The notes under the pieces were generated by a model that saw only the letters and a program-made list of their open reading frames with translations, was not told the origin of the DNA and did not search any database. Of a stretch of DNA of 64,000 nucleotides, positions 11,095 to 21,728 are shown one piece after another. How positions within the stretch are numbered: the first letter of the stretch is position 1; every line of letters starts with the position of its first letter. The stretch comes from Promethearchaeota archaeon. GTDB taxonomy: Archaea > Asgardarchaeota > Lokiarchaeia > Sigyniarchaeales > SOKP01. The DNA lies in NCBI GenBank assembly GCA_016839585.1, contig JAEOTZ010000018.1:1-64000 (forward strand). The letters are read 5' to 3'. Both the position numbers and the translations under genes were made by a program.

Positions 11095-11697
11095 ATGGCA
11101 TTTAAGAAAGAAGCAATATATATAATCACTACTACTATTAGTTTATATATTCTCATTTTAGTTTTGATCTTTTTAGAACCAATTGAAGATGGTCTCAACT
11201 TCATTATTCGATTTGCAGCATTAATGGGTTTTACTTCAATGTTTGTAGCAACTATTATGACTCCATTTATGGTCCAATTGTACAAAATTTTTGGAAAACC
11301 GTTTATTAAAATACATCATCTCTATTCTATTGCGGGACTTATATTGATAACACTTCATCCAGTAGCATTTGCTATTTCTAAAGTAGATATTACTGTTTTT
11401 ATGCCAGTGTTTTACCCTTGGTATGATTTTTGGTCTTTAGGAGGGCGTGTTGCTCTGATACTGATATATATTGCAGTTTTAGGGGCTTTAATAAGGAAAA
11501 AGATCACTAAAAATTGGAGATTACTTCATGTACTAAATTACATAGCACTATTTCTAGCTTATATCCATGGAGTTCTCATAGGAACAGATTTTAAAACTAT
11601 TGGTATTTTAATTATATTTACTGCGATGGTAATTTTAAGCTTTAGCGTTTTAATTATTAAGCGATATCTGAACTATAAAAGGAAAAAAAAGGATTAG
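11095..11697 (+). CDS. Ferric-reductase-like transmembrane (heme b) protein
   Basis: 6 TM segments with paired His (IHH..LHP; LHV..IHG). Confidence 0.7.
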   Translation: MAFKKEAIYIITTTISLYILILVLIFLEPIEDGLNFIIRFAALMGFTSMFVATIMTPFMVQLYKIFGKPFIKIHHLYSIAGLILITLHPVAFAISKVDITVFMPVFYPWYDFWSLGGRVALILIYIAVLGALIRKKITKNWRLLHVLNYIALFLAYIHGVLIGTDFKTIGILIIFTAMVILSFSVLIIKRYLNYKRKKKD

Positions 11698-11743
11698 AAT
11701 TTTTTATTTGAAAACTAAAAAAGGTATTGCAATATATTAATTA

Positions 11744-12592
11744 TTATTTATTTTGAATATCTTTTCTTTCAAAGATAAAGACTGAGAGTAAAATAGGCAT
11801 AATCGAGAGTATCAATACAACCATTGAAAAGGAATAGATAAATGCGCCAATATTTGGGTCTTTAGGAATCCCTCCTTTTACAAATATTCCTGCTTCTCCT
11901 CCTGAAATAAACCCTAGAACTATATTAATATGATGGGACAAAGAGATATTATTAAGAACGTCAGCAGTATTTTTTGGTAGATAAATAGTTAGGAAATCGA
12001 GAATCATCCATAAAATAAGAAAGATGATCGTTCCAAGACTAGCCATAGAGGGTCTTTTACTTAAAACAGAAAAAAGTACTGCAATTGAAGTATAAACAAT
12101 AGCATAAAATAATATAACAGTAAGATACCCTATTAAAATGTTTAAATCAGCGATACCAATACCAATAAGAATGAAAGATAACACCATCACGAGGAAATTT
12201 AAAGTTAGGAGTGGTAAAAATATAACCATAAATGAGAATAATTTTCCCATTATTATTTCCCATCGGTGTAAAGGTTTTGAAATTAACAGCGTAAGCATTC
12301 CTCTCTCTTTTTCTCCAGCTATAAAATCACTACTATGTAATACAGCCACCAATGCTATTGGGAAGGTTGTTATATCAATGAAGGACATCATGCAGATCGT
12401 GGGATTAATTTCGGTAAGTGGTTCTGGAAACATTGCAGTCATCTGTTGAAGGATACTTGGATCTTCATACATCATCCAGGAAAACCATATATTTAGTACA
12501 ACAGGTAATAATAACAAAACAAGGTATATTATAAATCTCTTTGATAATATAGTATCTCTTATCTCCCGTTTAATAATTACTTCTAATGCCAT
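11744..12592 (-). CDS. ABC-2 type transporter permease
   Basis: IAGEKERGMLTLLISKP..R..I..GK motif; C-terminal FERKDI. Confidence 0.88.
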   Translation of the reverse strand: MALEVIIKREIRDTILSKRFIIYLVLLLLPVVLNIWFSWMMYEDPSILQQMTAMFPEPLTEINPTICMMSFIDITTFPIALVAVLHSSDFIAGEKERGMLTLLISKPLHRWEIIMGKLFSFMVIFLPLLTLNFLVMVLSFILIGIGIADLNILIGYLTVILFYAIVYTSIAVLFSVLSKRPSMASLGTIIFLILWMILDFLTIYLPKNTADVLNNISLSHHINIVLGFISGGEAGIFVKGGIPKDPNIGAFIYSFSMVVLILSIMPILLSVFIFERKDIQNK

Positions 12593-12593
12593 T

Positions 12594-13322
12594 TTAGTTC
12601 CAATCGCCTTTAATAGTATTTTTATACAATTCTTCTAAACTTTCTGAAATCTCTTCTAAAATTACTTCTGCTTTTATTTTACCTTTCTCGATAATTACGA
12701 CGATATCACTTATTTTTTCAGTTATAGGAAGTATGTGAGTTGTAATTAAAATTGTATTTCCTTTTCTAGCATAATCAGAAATCATTTCTAAGACTTTTTC
12801 ACGGGCTAGTGGGTCTAAATCAGACGTAGGCTCGTCTAAAAATACAACTTCAGGATCCGCAACAAAAGCTTGAGCAATTGCTAATCGTTGCTTCATTCCT
12901 GCTGAATAAGTTTCTATCTTTGAATGACCTCTCTCTGACAACCCAACCTTCTTAAGAAAAGTGCTTGCTTTCTTTTTAGCTTCAGACTTTTCAATACCTC
13001 CAAGTTCTGCCATATATTGCAAGAATCTAAATCCACTCATGCTTTTATAAAAACCAGAGTCTTCAGGCAGATATCCTATCTTTTCACGTGCTTTTAGAGG
13101 GTTTTTTTGGATATCTTTACCTAATATCTTAGCTGATCCTGATGTTGGTTTTAAAGCACAAATTAACATTTCGATCAATGTAGTTTTTCCAGCTCCATTT
13201 GGTCCAACTATGCCACATATTTCTCCTCTCTTAACTTTTAAATTCAATTTATCAACAGCAATAAAATCGTTGAATTTTTTGGTTAAGTTGTTCGTTATTA
13301 TAGCATATTCCATTTTAGACAT
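12594..13322 (-). CDS. ABC transporter ATP-binding protein
   Basis: GPNGAGKTT, YSAGMKQR, FLDEP, TTH. Confidence 0.95.
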   Translation of the reverse strand: MSKMEYAIITNNLTKKFNDFIAVDKLNLKVKRGEICGIVGPNGAGKTTLIEMLICALKPTSGSAKILGKDIQKNPLKAREKIGYLPEDSGFYKSMSGFRFLQYMAELGGIEKSEAKKKASTFLKKVGLSERGHSKIETYSAGMKQRLAIAQAFVADPEVVFLDEPTSDLDPLAREKVLEMISDYARKGNTILITTHILPITEKISDIVVIIEKGKIKAEVILEEISESLEELYKNTIKGDWN

Positions 13323-13396
13323 TTAAATAAAATATGGTATAACCTTTTAAAAATTTTGATAGTTCACTGAGATTTTCTTTAAAAACTGGAAAAGAA

Positions 13397-14266
13397 TTAA
13401 TTTCTATAATGTAGATGTTTTTTCTCTTTTTCAATCTTAATTAGTAATTTTCCAGCTGTTTTATGGCTCATTACTTGTAAATATGATAATAACCACCACC
13501 ATCGTGGCACAAATACTTCTCTTTTATATTTACGTGATGCTTTCATAACACGTTCAGCAACATCCTTAGCTTCAACATATTGATATAAAAAGCCTCTTTT
13601 TTGGTATTTTCTTGCCCATTCCTTCATTTCTGGTGTAGAATCCCAAAATTTTGTTTTAGCAGGAGCGGAACAGATGGTTATTACTTGAATGTTATGATTT
13701 TGCATTCGATATTCTAATCGAACTGAATCTGCTAAACCTACTACAGCATGTTTACTCATGCTATATGCTGCTAAATTGGGAATACCAGTTTTTCCTGCGG
13801 AACTTGCTGAGAAAATCAATTGACCTTCACGTCTTTCAGGGTATTTTTTTGTTGGTGCAGGTCGTCCAATATAAGGAAATGCTGCTTGAAGAACCAACCA
13901 CATTCCATCAGTATTGACAGACATTATTTTACGATACTCTTCAAAAGAGCCTTGATTTGTAATTGAACAGGTACTTCCTATTCCTGCATTGTTGAATAAA
14001 ATATCGATATATTTTTCCTTTATTCCAATTTTTTTAATTTCAGATTCTATTTGTTCTCTATTGGTGACATTAAATGCCATCTTTTCAACGTATTCAGCAC
14101 CTAAATTTTTAATTTCTTCTGTTAGTTCATCTAAGGGTGGACCAGGAAGATCTAATAAATACATCTTCATTCCTAAGGGTGCAAAAAGTCTACATACTTC
14201 ACTGCCAATATCACCACTCGCTCCTGTAATTACGAATACTTTTCCTTTATACCATTTCTTTTTCAT
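13397..14266 (-). CDS. SDR-family oxidoreductase
   Basis: TGASGDIG, NNAG, YSMSK. Confidence 0.9.
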   Translation of the reverse strand: MKKKWYKGKVFVITGASGDIGSEVCRLFAPLGMKMYLLDLPGPPLDELTEEIKNLGAEYVEKMAFNVTNREQIESEIKKIGIKEKYIDILFNNAGIGSTCSITNQGSFEEYRKIMSVNTDGMWLVLQAAFPYIGRPAPTKKYPERREGQLIFSASSAGKTGIPNLAAYSMSKHAVVGLADSVRLEYRMQNHNIQVITICSAPAKTKFWDSTPEMKEWARKYQKRGFLYQYVEAKDVAERVMKASRKYKREVFVPRWWWLLSYLQVMSHKTAGKLLIKIEKEKKHLHYRN

Positions 14267-14284
14267 ATTTAGAATTCTTCCTCG

Positions 14285-14677
14285 TTACTCTCCTTTTTTT
14301 ACAATACCTGAAAATGAAGAGAATTGTTTAAAAACACTTACATTTCCTTCTATTTTAGCAAAAATATTTACAGCAGAGGCTGCTTTTGGTTTATCAGATG
14401 TACTTACTGGGGTTCTTCCAAAGAAAATACAAAAACCAGTTCCACTTGGCCAATATCCAATGTCTCCAATTTCACATTCAACTTGAGAGTTTTCCTCTTC
14501 AAGTTTTACTGGAATAGGACCATATAATTCTTCACCCCATCTTGCCAAATCTAATTCTAAGGGAAGACTATCCCAGATCGCTTTACATGTTTCAGGATTC
14601 TTTTCAAGTAATAACTTAGCTTTAACTCTTCCTATTTTTTCATTTTCAATGATTAAATAATCCATGAAGTAAATCAC
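14285..14677 (-). CDS. Cyclophilin-like fold protein (DUF369 type)
   Basis: PETCKAIWDSLP, WGEELY, GDIGYWP, FCIFFG.TP. Confidence 0.8.
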   Translation of the reverse strand: MIYFMDYLIIENEKIGRVKAKLLLEKNPETCKAIWDSLPLELDLARWGEELYGPIPVKLEEENSQVECEIGDIGYWPSGTGFCIFFGRTPVSTSDKPKAASAVNIFAKIEGNVSVFKQFSSFSGIVKKGE

Positions 14678-14787
14678 ATTTTTTTAATTGAATTATACTA
14701 ACTTTTATTGATTTTAAAGATTTAATTATCAAAGATATAAAAATTTTTATTCTTATGAAAAACATATAAGATTCTTAGCTATCATCA

Positions 14788-15618
14788 ATGATTTTGGAAA
14801 AAACTGTAGAACTAGTAAAAAAAATCTATAAATATCATAAGATTGTTCCACCTAAAATTACAAAAGTGGTTATCGGATTAGGTTATACAGGAGTAGAAGC
14901 AACAGCTTATTCTTATGAACCATTCTTAGGTTTAGCTTATACTTTACCAAGAGTAATTAAAAAAACTGATTGTAATAAAATTAATTTTGCGGGATCTCTT
15001 ACCGATAGATCTTTACTAGAAGTATTACAATGGTCATATGAGCCACCAAGCTTAAAAAAAATTATTGGAATAGCTACATTGAATGCAGTGTCTCAACATA
15101 TATTTCAAATTGCTAAGGATAATGATTGGGGGAATCCATATATTAGAATCAAAGAAAATCTTATAGACTTTCTAAAAATCGAAAAAAATACAAAAATAAC
15201 ATTTATTGGGTTTGTAAAGCCGATGATCCATAAGATAAGGAGAATTACACAAAATATCCTAATTATTGAAGACAATCCTTCTATCTCTACAAGTTTTAAT
15301 AATTGCATTATCAAGAATGATATTAAACAGTTAGATAAAAAGGAATTATCCACGGATATTCTATTTTGTACTGGTACAGCGTTAATAAATGATACATTTG
15401 AGGAGATCTTAGAATTATTTAAAAGAAATGTTCGTTGTATCTCAATTATTGGTCCTAGCGCTAGTATGATTCCAGATATCTTATTTGATTATGGCGTTGA
15501 TATTGTAGGAGGATTGAAGATTATAGAATCAGAGGCTACTATGAAGGTTATCCAAGAAGGTGGGGGAACAAGATTATTTAAGAAATTTGGAATTAAATAT
15601 AACTTAATTCCAGAATAA
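14788..15618 (+). CDS. DUF364 / Rossmann-like putative heavy-metal chelation protein
   Basis: IGIATLNA, TGTALINDT, IGPSASM. Confidence 0.8.
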   Translation: MILEKTVELVKKIYKYHKIVPPKITKVVIGLGYTGVEATAYSYEPFLGLAYTLPRVIKKTDCNKINFAGSLTDRSLLEVLQWSYEPPSLKKIIGIATLNAVSQHIFQIAKDNDWGNPYIRIKENLIDFLKIEKNTKITFIGFVKPMIHKIRRITQNILIIEDNPSISTSFNNCIIKNDIKQLDKKELSTDILFCTGTALINDTFEEILELFKRNVRCISIIGPSASMIPDILFDYGVDIVGGLKIIESEATMKVIQEGGGTRLFKKFGIKYNLIPE

Positions 15619-15748
15619 TGGTTTTCTTTAAATTAAAAGATAGTTTTGCGATACGTAAATTTTAATAATTAGATAACTGAAAACTAATTAATTAAAGAAA
15701 TTTAAAATACATTAATAAAAAATAAGCTATTTAGCTCATTTTATCAAT

Positions 15749-16282
15749 TTGGTTAAAATGTCTGACATAATATATTCATTAAAAGTAATTATAATCGGTC
15801 CTGGAGCTGTAGGAAAAACTAGTATTATAAATAGATTTGTAAAGGATGAATTTATATTAAAATATAAATTGACTATTGGTACAGATTTTCTAACAAAAAC
15901 TTTTGAATACAAACCGAATAAAAAAGCAAAGCTGCAGATTTGGGATATTGGGGGTCAAGAAAGATTTAAATTCTTACGTAGAAGTTTCTATGATGGTGCT
16001 AATGGTGCATTTTTAGTTTTTGATCTTTCAAGAGGACATACATATATAGAAATAAAAAAATGGCTCACTGAAATGTATCAAATTATGGAAAAGAAAATAC
16101 CTTTCATATTAGTAGGGAACAAATCTGATTTAATTGCGGAAATTGGTGAGTTAATAAATCGAAATGAAGTAGAAATGTTTGTCAAAGGAGAAAAAAGTAT
16201 TTACATAGAAACATCAGCAAAGACAGGAGATAATGTTGAACAGGCTTTCATTGAATTAATTCAGAGAATGATTAGAAAATAA
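15749..16282 (+). CDS. Rab-like small GTPase (likely ATG start 15758)
   Basis: G1 GPGAVGKTS, TIGTDF, KLQIWDIGGQERF, FYDGA, GNKSD, ETSAK. Confidence 0.93.
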   Translation: MVKMSDIIYSLKVIIIGPGAVGKTSIINRFVKDEFILKYKLTIGTDFLTKTFEYKPNKKAKLQIWDIGGQERFKFLRRSFYDGANGAFLVFDLSRGHTYIEIKKWLTEMYQIMEKKIPFILVGNKSDLIAEIGELINRNEVEMFVKGEKSIYIETSAKTGDNVEQAFIELIQRMIRK

Positions 16283-16483
16283 TTCTTATCTTTCTGTTGT
16301 AAATGTAATTAAAAAGATTTAAAAACAAAATTTACTGAATTTTTTAGGGTGAAAAAAATGGATCTTATAGAAATCACTTTAGAAAACTTATCAAAAAAAT
16401 AGGAGCAAAAATTATTTAGATGATTATTTAAGTTGATATAAATATTAAGAATTGAGGAATAAAGAAAAAAATTCAAAAGATTT

Positions 16484-16996
16484 ATGTACAAGTATAAAGT
16501 TATCATAATCGGGCCTTCAGCTGTAGGAAAAACGAGTTTATTATATAGATTTGTTAAAAATGAATTCCAGTTGGAGTATAAACTAACTCTCGGAGCAAAT
16601 TTTTTATCGAAAACCTTGGAAATAAAACCAAAAAAGGCAGTCTATCTACAAATATGGGATATTGGGGGTCAAGAGAGATTTAAAATTCTGCATAAAAATT
16701 TCTATGAGGGTGCAAATGGGGCATTATTAGTTTTTGATCTTTCGAGAGAAAGTACCTTTAAAAAGATGAGGACTTGGCTTTTTGAAATGTATTTAATTAT
16801 GGGAACAAAAATACCTTTTATATTAGTTGGTAATAAAGTTGATTTATTTCCAGAAATTGGAAAAATAGTTAATAGAAATGCTGCCGAATGGTTTGCCAAG
16901 CAAGAAAATGCTTCATATATTGAAACTTCAGCAAAAACAGGCGATAATATTGAAGAAGCTTTCCTTGAGTTGGTTAATCAAATGATTAAAGATTAA
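16484..16996 (+). CDS. Rab-like small GTPase, tandem paralog
   Basis: GPSAVGKTS, TLGANF, LQIWDIGGQERF, GNKVD, ETSAK. Confidence 0.93.
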   Translation: MYKYKVIIIGPSAVGKTSLLYRFVKNEFQLEYKLTLGANFLSKTLEIKPKKAVYLQIWDIGGQERFKILHKNFYEGANGALLVFDLSRESTFKKMRTWLFEMYLIMGTKIPFILVGNKVDLFPEIGKIVNRNAAEWFAKQENASYIETSAKTGDNIEEAFLELVNQMIKD

Positions 16997-16998
16997 GG

Positions 16999-19900
16999 TT
17001 AAGTCAATTTAATTACCGCAAATGATAATAAATTTGTGTAGAATTTAGCTAGATTTCTTTTAAGCATTTCTTGTTTGAGATCTTCAAATTCAAAGGATAA
17101 ATCATCTAATTTTTTTTCTACATTTTGCATGTCTTTTTCAATATACCGTATTTCTTCTTCCAATTTTTGAATTTTATCCAACCTTTCTTGCTTTTTAGTT
17201 TCTTCAGACATCTTATTAATATTTTGGAGCTGTCTTTCTGTGGGCCTATTTTTTCTTTTTCTCTCTAATCTTTGTTTTAAAGAATCTAATTTGAAAAATA
17301 AGACATTTCTTTTATGAGCATATATTTTTTCCTTTTTGCTCCTTTCTAAATCAAATAACTTGTCATTTAAAATTTTAATTTCATTTTTCCAGAGTGAAGT
17401 TTTTGATTTTACAATTTTTTTAGCAGTTTTAGAAAGGGCGTCAATATCTTTATAATTTAAATCGACTTCATGATTCATTTCGTTGAAATTAAAGATTTTG
17501 TCAAAATTTTCAATATTTAAAATAAAATCTGTTAACCTCTCAAGCTCATTCCCATTCTGATCAACTAATACTGCAGAAATTTGATTTTCAATTATATATC
17601 CTTGAAATTTAACTGTAAAAATAAAGAGGTAGAGTTCCTTATATTGATGAATGTCTAAATCAAGCCTTTCTGGTAATGAATCTCTTTTTAATAATAGCAC
17701 AGTAAAAGAACCTGGAAATAGACTCCCCATAGTATAATCTAATATTGAATTAATCAATGGATGCCCTAAGGCAAAAAAGTCAATTTCTTCTTTTTTTCGG
17801 GCGTATTCTAAATTAAACGTACCTAAGTAATCTTTTGAAAGGCGATATTTAGCATTTCTGGACAAAATTTCAGTTAGTAAAATTTTTGTTTCAGTAGATG
17901 ATTTAGAACCTTCTTCGCTAATTCTTAAATATCCATATTTACTATTATCAACATTAAAGAAATATTTCATCAATAGAAATAACTCATTATGACTAAGCTT
18001 AACATCGATACATGATGCTAAAGAAGTAATGAGTCCCTCCATTTGAAAAGATTTTTTATCAATCATTAAATCATCTAACTGCATTTCAATTTCTTTTGCT
18101 TTCTGAATCTCTTCGTCAAGAGTTCTATAAAATTCATTTAGTATATTTCGCTTTTTCTTCTCATCTCCAATGAAAATTAAGTTTTTAAAATCTTTTTCAA
18201 TTTTACCTATTATTGGTTCTAAAATTCCTATGGATTCCTCAAATAAGTTAATTCTTTTCAGTAAAGCGGAAATTACATCTGTTTCGATTGTACCTTCCAT
18301 AAATAAATTGTAAATATAAACTTCGCGAGATCCTTGTCCTATTCGATCAAGTCTCCCTATTCTCTGTTCTAGTTTCATAGGATTCCATGGAAGATCATAA
18401 TTTATGAGGATTCTGCAAAATTGGAAATTGCGACCCTCTCCTCCTATTTCCGTTGAAATAAGTATTGAAAAGCTTTTACTTTTACGAAATCGTTCAACAA
18501 CTGCATCTTTTTGATTTTTATCCAACCCTCCGTAGAAAATTTCAACTAAGTAACTTTCATTTTGTTTCTCTATTAGATCCTTTAGATGAAGGAGAGTATC
18601 TACGAATTGAGTAAATATAATAATTTTTTCATTTGGATTTTGAGAATAAATCTCATTGATAATCTCAATTAATTTATCTGCTTTTGAATCATATGGCAAA
18701 TTCTTTAACTTTTCATAAAACTCTTTTAAAATTTTTTCTTGATTTATAATATTAAATGATTCATCTGGTTGTTCTTGGGATAGTGATTCTTTAAATCCAA
18801 TAATTTCAGAATCTAAGGTTTGATCTTCTAGTTCTAATTCATAATATTCAGGATCTTCTTCTTTCATCACGTCAAATTTCAGAAAAATATCCTTAAATCG
18901 ATTTATTTTTTCTAATCTGCGCTCAAGACTTTTTAAGAAAGCATATTTTGAACTAGTTAATAATTTCTGTAAGGTTGTAACTACAAATCCTATTCCGGCA
19001 TTTTCCTTACTTATCGAAGCGTTATAAATTTGAGCAAGATATAATCGGATTTCATTATAAAGGTCTAGTTCTTGCTTAGTTGGGTATACCATTATTGTTT
19101 TTACTATCCTCTTATTCAAAAATTCTTTAAAAAATACATTTTTCTTACGATTTCTAATTAAGAACTTCGATAATGTATGGTCTTTTTCAATTTTATTCGT
19201 TAAGTTTAATTTAAAAGAATCATCTTTAATCTGTTGCAAAACTTGTTCATTATTTTTATTTTTATCAACGTATCGAAGACTTTTAAGAAGTTTAATAGTG
19301 TTTTTTATTTCAAAATTATTTAGTTTTTCAATTTGGTTAAGATTCGAGACTAATAAATTGATGAATGGCATATTTTTTCTAAAATGTTCGAAATCGCTAA
19401 AATTTTCAAATACTTCCGGATGTATTAGCTCAATTAAGGAGTATAATTCGAAAGAATGAAGTTGCAATGGAGTTGCTGTTAATAAAAGTAAACTTTCGGC
19501 ATTTTGACTTAGGTTACGAGCTAATTCATAATTGAGTGTTTCTCTATAATAACCCGTCATAGCATTGAGTAAGTAACGTCTTAAATGATGAGCTTCGTCA
19601 AATATTACGATATCCCATGAAACTTGGGATAACAATTCTATATATTTTCGATTTCTGGCAAATTGCAGTGAACATATAATTAAATTATCATAATAAAAAG
19701 GATTGCTTAAAAGATGAGCTCTCTTATAGCTCCCTTTTTTTTTTAGTTCTTTTATCTTTTTTCCATCATAGATTGTAAAACCTATATTGAACTTATTTTG
19801 CATTTCAAATTGCCACTGATTTAGCAATGATGCTGGAACTATAATTAAAATCCTCTCTGCTAAATTTCTTGCCATCATTTCCTTAATATAAATTCCAGCT

Positions 19901-20586
19901 TCAATTGTTTTCCCTAGACCCACCTCATCAGCTAAAATAACTCTTGGGAAATATTCCTCAGATAAACGGTGAGCCACATTTACTTGATGAGGCATTAATG
20001 AAAGCCTTGAGTTTGTTATGCATTTTATTTGATATGAAGTATAGTAAGAATGAAATAAGTTAGCCCAATATTTAATTAGGAAATTCTGCGGGGGATCAAT
20101 TCTTTTACTTTTAATTAAACCTTCTAATGGCCTTTCATATTTTGAATAAATATCAGGTTCGAATACTTGAGTAATTTTACCATTTGGTAATAAAAATTCA
20201 TACGATACTAAACCATCTCTAATTAAGAAATCATCAGAATTGATAATTCCAATTCCTTGTTTTATAATAACTCTTTCATTTAGTTCAAAGATATAATGGA
20301 CTAGATCAATTGGATGGATAATCTTAATAATATTATCCTTAAATATAACTTTAAATTTCGTGATAAAAAATGTATCCTCATCATCAAGAGATTTTGAAGC
20401 AGGGATATCTAACTTCTTTACAACTCTTCCTATTCCAAATTCAGGATTTAGCTTATATACAACTAAATTCCCCTTATTAAACTTCTGTCCTTGACAATAT
20501 AAATTAAAGCATTTAGAAAATCTTGATTCTAACTCTTTTCCACAGAAAGGGCAATTATACCGATGAGGAATTATCTTAAAAACCAT
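16999..20586 (-). CDS. SNF2-family (RapA/HepA-like) helicase with N-terminal Cys4 Zn finger and C-terminal coiled coil
   Basis: LADEVGLGKT, DEAHH, TATP, STEIGGEGRNFQ, YDLPWNP..EQRIGRLDRIGQ; CPFC...CFNLYC. Confidence 0.92.
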   Translation of the reverse strand: MVFKIIPHRYNCPFCGKELESRFSKCFNLYCQGQKFNKGNLVVYKLNPEFGIGRVVKKLDIPASKSLDDEDTFFITKFKVIFKDNIIKIIHPIDLVHYIFELNERVIIKQGIGIINSDDFLIRDGLVSYEFLLPNGKITQVFEPDIYSKYERPLEGLIKSKRIDPPQNFLIKYWANLFHSYYTSYQIKCITNSRLSLMPHQVNVAHRLSEEYFPRVILADEVGLGKTIEAGIYIKEMMARNLAERILIIVPASLLNQWQFEMQNKFNIGFTIYDGKKIKELKKKGSYKRAHLLSNPFYYDNLIICSLQFARNRKYIELLSQVSWDIVIFDEAHHLRRYLLNAMTGYYRETLNYELARNLSQNAESLLLLTATPLQLHSFELYSLIELIHPEVFENFSDFEHFRKNMPFINLLVSNLNQIEKLNNFEIKNTIKLLKSLRYVDKNKNNEQVLQQIKDDSFKLNLTNKIEKDHTLSKFLIRNRKKNVFFKEFLNKRIVKTIMVYPTKQELDLYNEIRLYLAQIYNASISKENAGIGFVVTTLQKLLTSSKYAFLKSLERRLEKINRFKDIFLKFDVMKEEDPEYYELELEDQTLDSEIIGFKESLSQEQPDESFNIINQEKILKEFYEKLKNLPYDSKADKLIEIINEIYSQNPNEKIIIFTQFVDTLLHLKDLIEKQNESYLVEIFYGGLDKNQKDAVVERFRKSKSFSILISTEIGGEGRNFQFCRILINYDLPWNPMKLEQRIGRLDRIGQGSREVYIYNLFMEGTIETDVISALLKRINLFEESIGILEPIIGKIEKDFKNLIFIGDEKKKRNILNEFYRTLDEEIQKAKEIEMQLDDLMIDKKSFQMEGLITSLASCIDVKLSHNELFLLMKYFFNVDNSKYGYLRISEEGSKSSTETKILLTEILSRNAKYRLSKDYLGTFNLEYARKKEEIDFFALGHPLINSILDYTMGSLFPGSFTVLLLKRDSLPERLDLDIHQYKELYLFIFTVKFQGYIIENQISAVLVDQNGNELERLTDFILNIENFDKIFNFNEMNHEVDLNYKDIDALSKTAKKIVKSKTSLWKNEIKILNDKLFDLERSKKEKIYAHKRNVLFFKLDSLKQRLERKRKNRPTERQLQNINKMSEETKKQERLDKIQKLEEEIRYIEKDMQNVEKKLDDLSFEFEDLKQEMLKRNLAKFYTNLLSFAVIKLT

Positions 20587-20638
20587 TATCTTTTTATTAC
20601 ATTTAATTTAGATAAAAGTAAAAATTTTCGTATTTTAA
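20517..20638. repeat. Direct repeat copy A (SNF2 5' end plus upstream region); degenerate copy at 21590-21710
   Basis: Manual alignment: about 99/122 identical with one 1-nt gap. Confidence 0.85.
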
Positions 20639-20793
20639 ATCAAATTAAGCAGGAATATCTTTAAAAGTGGGATTGAAATCTTAGATTTTCGATACAAGAA
20701 ATATTCCATGATACAAATAACTTTTAATTTAAACACTAATATGTGATTATATCAAAATTCATATATATCGAGCTTTGCTAAGGTAAAAATATA

Positions 20794-21558
20794 ATGAGTG
20801 AAGGGACTCCAGATCTATTAAAACAGAAAAAAAAAGCTAATTTTTGGTACAAACAGAAGAAAAGTCAGTTCATAAGAGATATGTACAAAAAAATTTATGG
20901 CAATGATTATCCAGAAGAAGCAGATCCCGATAGTTTTGTAACAATGACTGATTTGCACAATATCGTCAAGTTTCTCAATGTTAAACCAGGCGAGACTTTC
21001 ATTGATATAGGATGTGGCAGAGCGGGACCAGGAATGTGGATAGCACGTGAAATGAGTGCGAAATATGTAGGTATTGATATCTCAGAAATTGCTATTGAAT
21101 TAGCGTCACAACGAATAGTAGATTTTGGACTGAAAGATAAGGCTAAATTTCTAGTTGCAAATATTTGTGCAACTAATTTCTCTGATAATTATTATGATGG
21201 CGCAATTAGTATTGATACATTAACGTATATACCAGATAAGATGAAGGCTATATGTGAAATTGCAAGAATTTTACAATCGGATGCGTCATTTGTGTTTACT
21301 ACCTGGGAAACACCAGCTACAGCGAGCGATTATCGACCCTTACTTCGCAAAGCAGGGTTTAAAATTATGATTTACAATGAGATTTCAAATTGGGAACAAC
21401 TTCAGCATGATTTTTATGAGAAAGTAATTGAATTTAGAGATATTTTAATCAGAGATATGGGGAAGGATGGATCGCTTCCATGGATTAAAGAAGCAAAAGA
21501 AAATCTGCCCTATTTAAAAGATTGGAGACGAATTTTTGGTGTTGCCAAGAAAAAATGA
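20794..21558 (+). CDS. Class I SAM-dependent methyltransferase
   Basis: IDIGCGRAG motif I, GIDIS. Confidence 0.9.
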   Translation: MSEGTPDLLKQKKKANFWYKQKKSQFIRDMYKKIYGNDYPEEADPDSFVTMTDLHNIVKFLNVKPGETFIDIGCGRAGPGMWIAREMSAKYVGIDISEIAIELASQRIVDFGLKDKAKFLVANICATNFSDNYYDGAISIDTLTYIPDKMKAICEIARILQSDASFVFTTWETPATASDYRPLLRKAGFKIMIYNEISNWEQLQHDFYEKVIEFRDILIRDMGKDGSLPWIKEAKENLPYLKDWRRIFGVAKKK

Positions 21559-21589
21559 TAGTGATTATATATTTATTTAAAATTTTGAC

Positions 21590-21710
21590 AAAATCTTGAT
21601 TCTAATTCATTACCACAGAAATGACAATTATACATAGAAGGATTATTTCTAAAACAATTATCTTTATATTTTTTTTAATATGAATTAAAGTAAAAATTTT
21701 GGTATTTTAA
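21590..21710 (-). pseudogene. Degenerate remnant of the SNF2 gene 5' end and its upstream region (repeat copy B)
   Basis: Minus strand reads YNCHFCGNELESRF vs YNCPFCGKELESRF in the intact gene; ATG changed to ATT, 1-nt deletion, stop shortly after. Confidence 0.8.
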
Positions 21711-21728
21711 CCTAAAAATGAGATAAGC

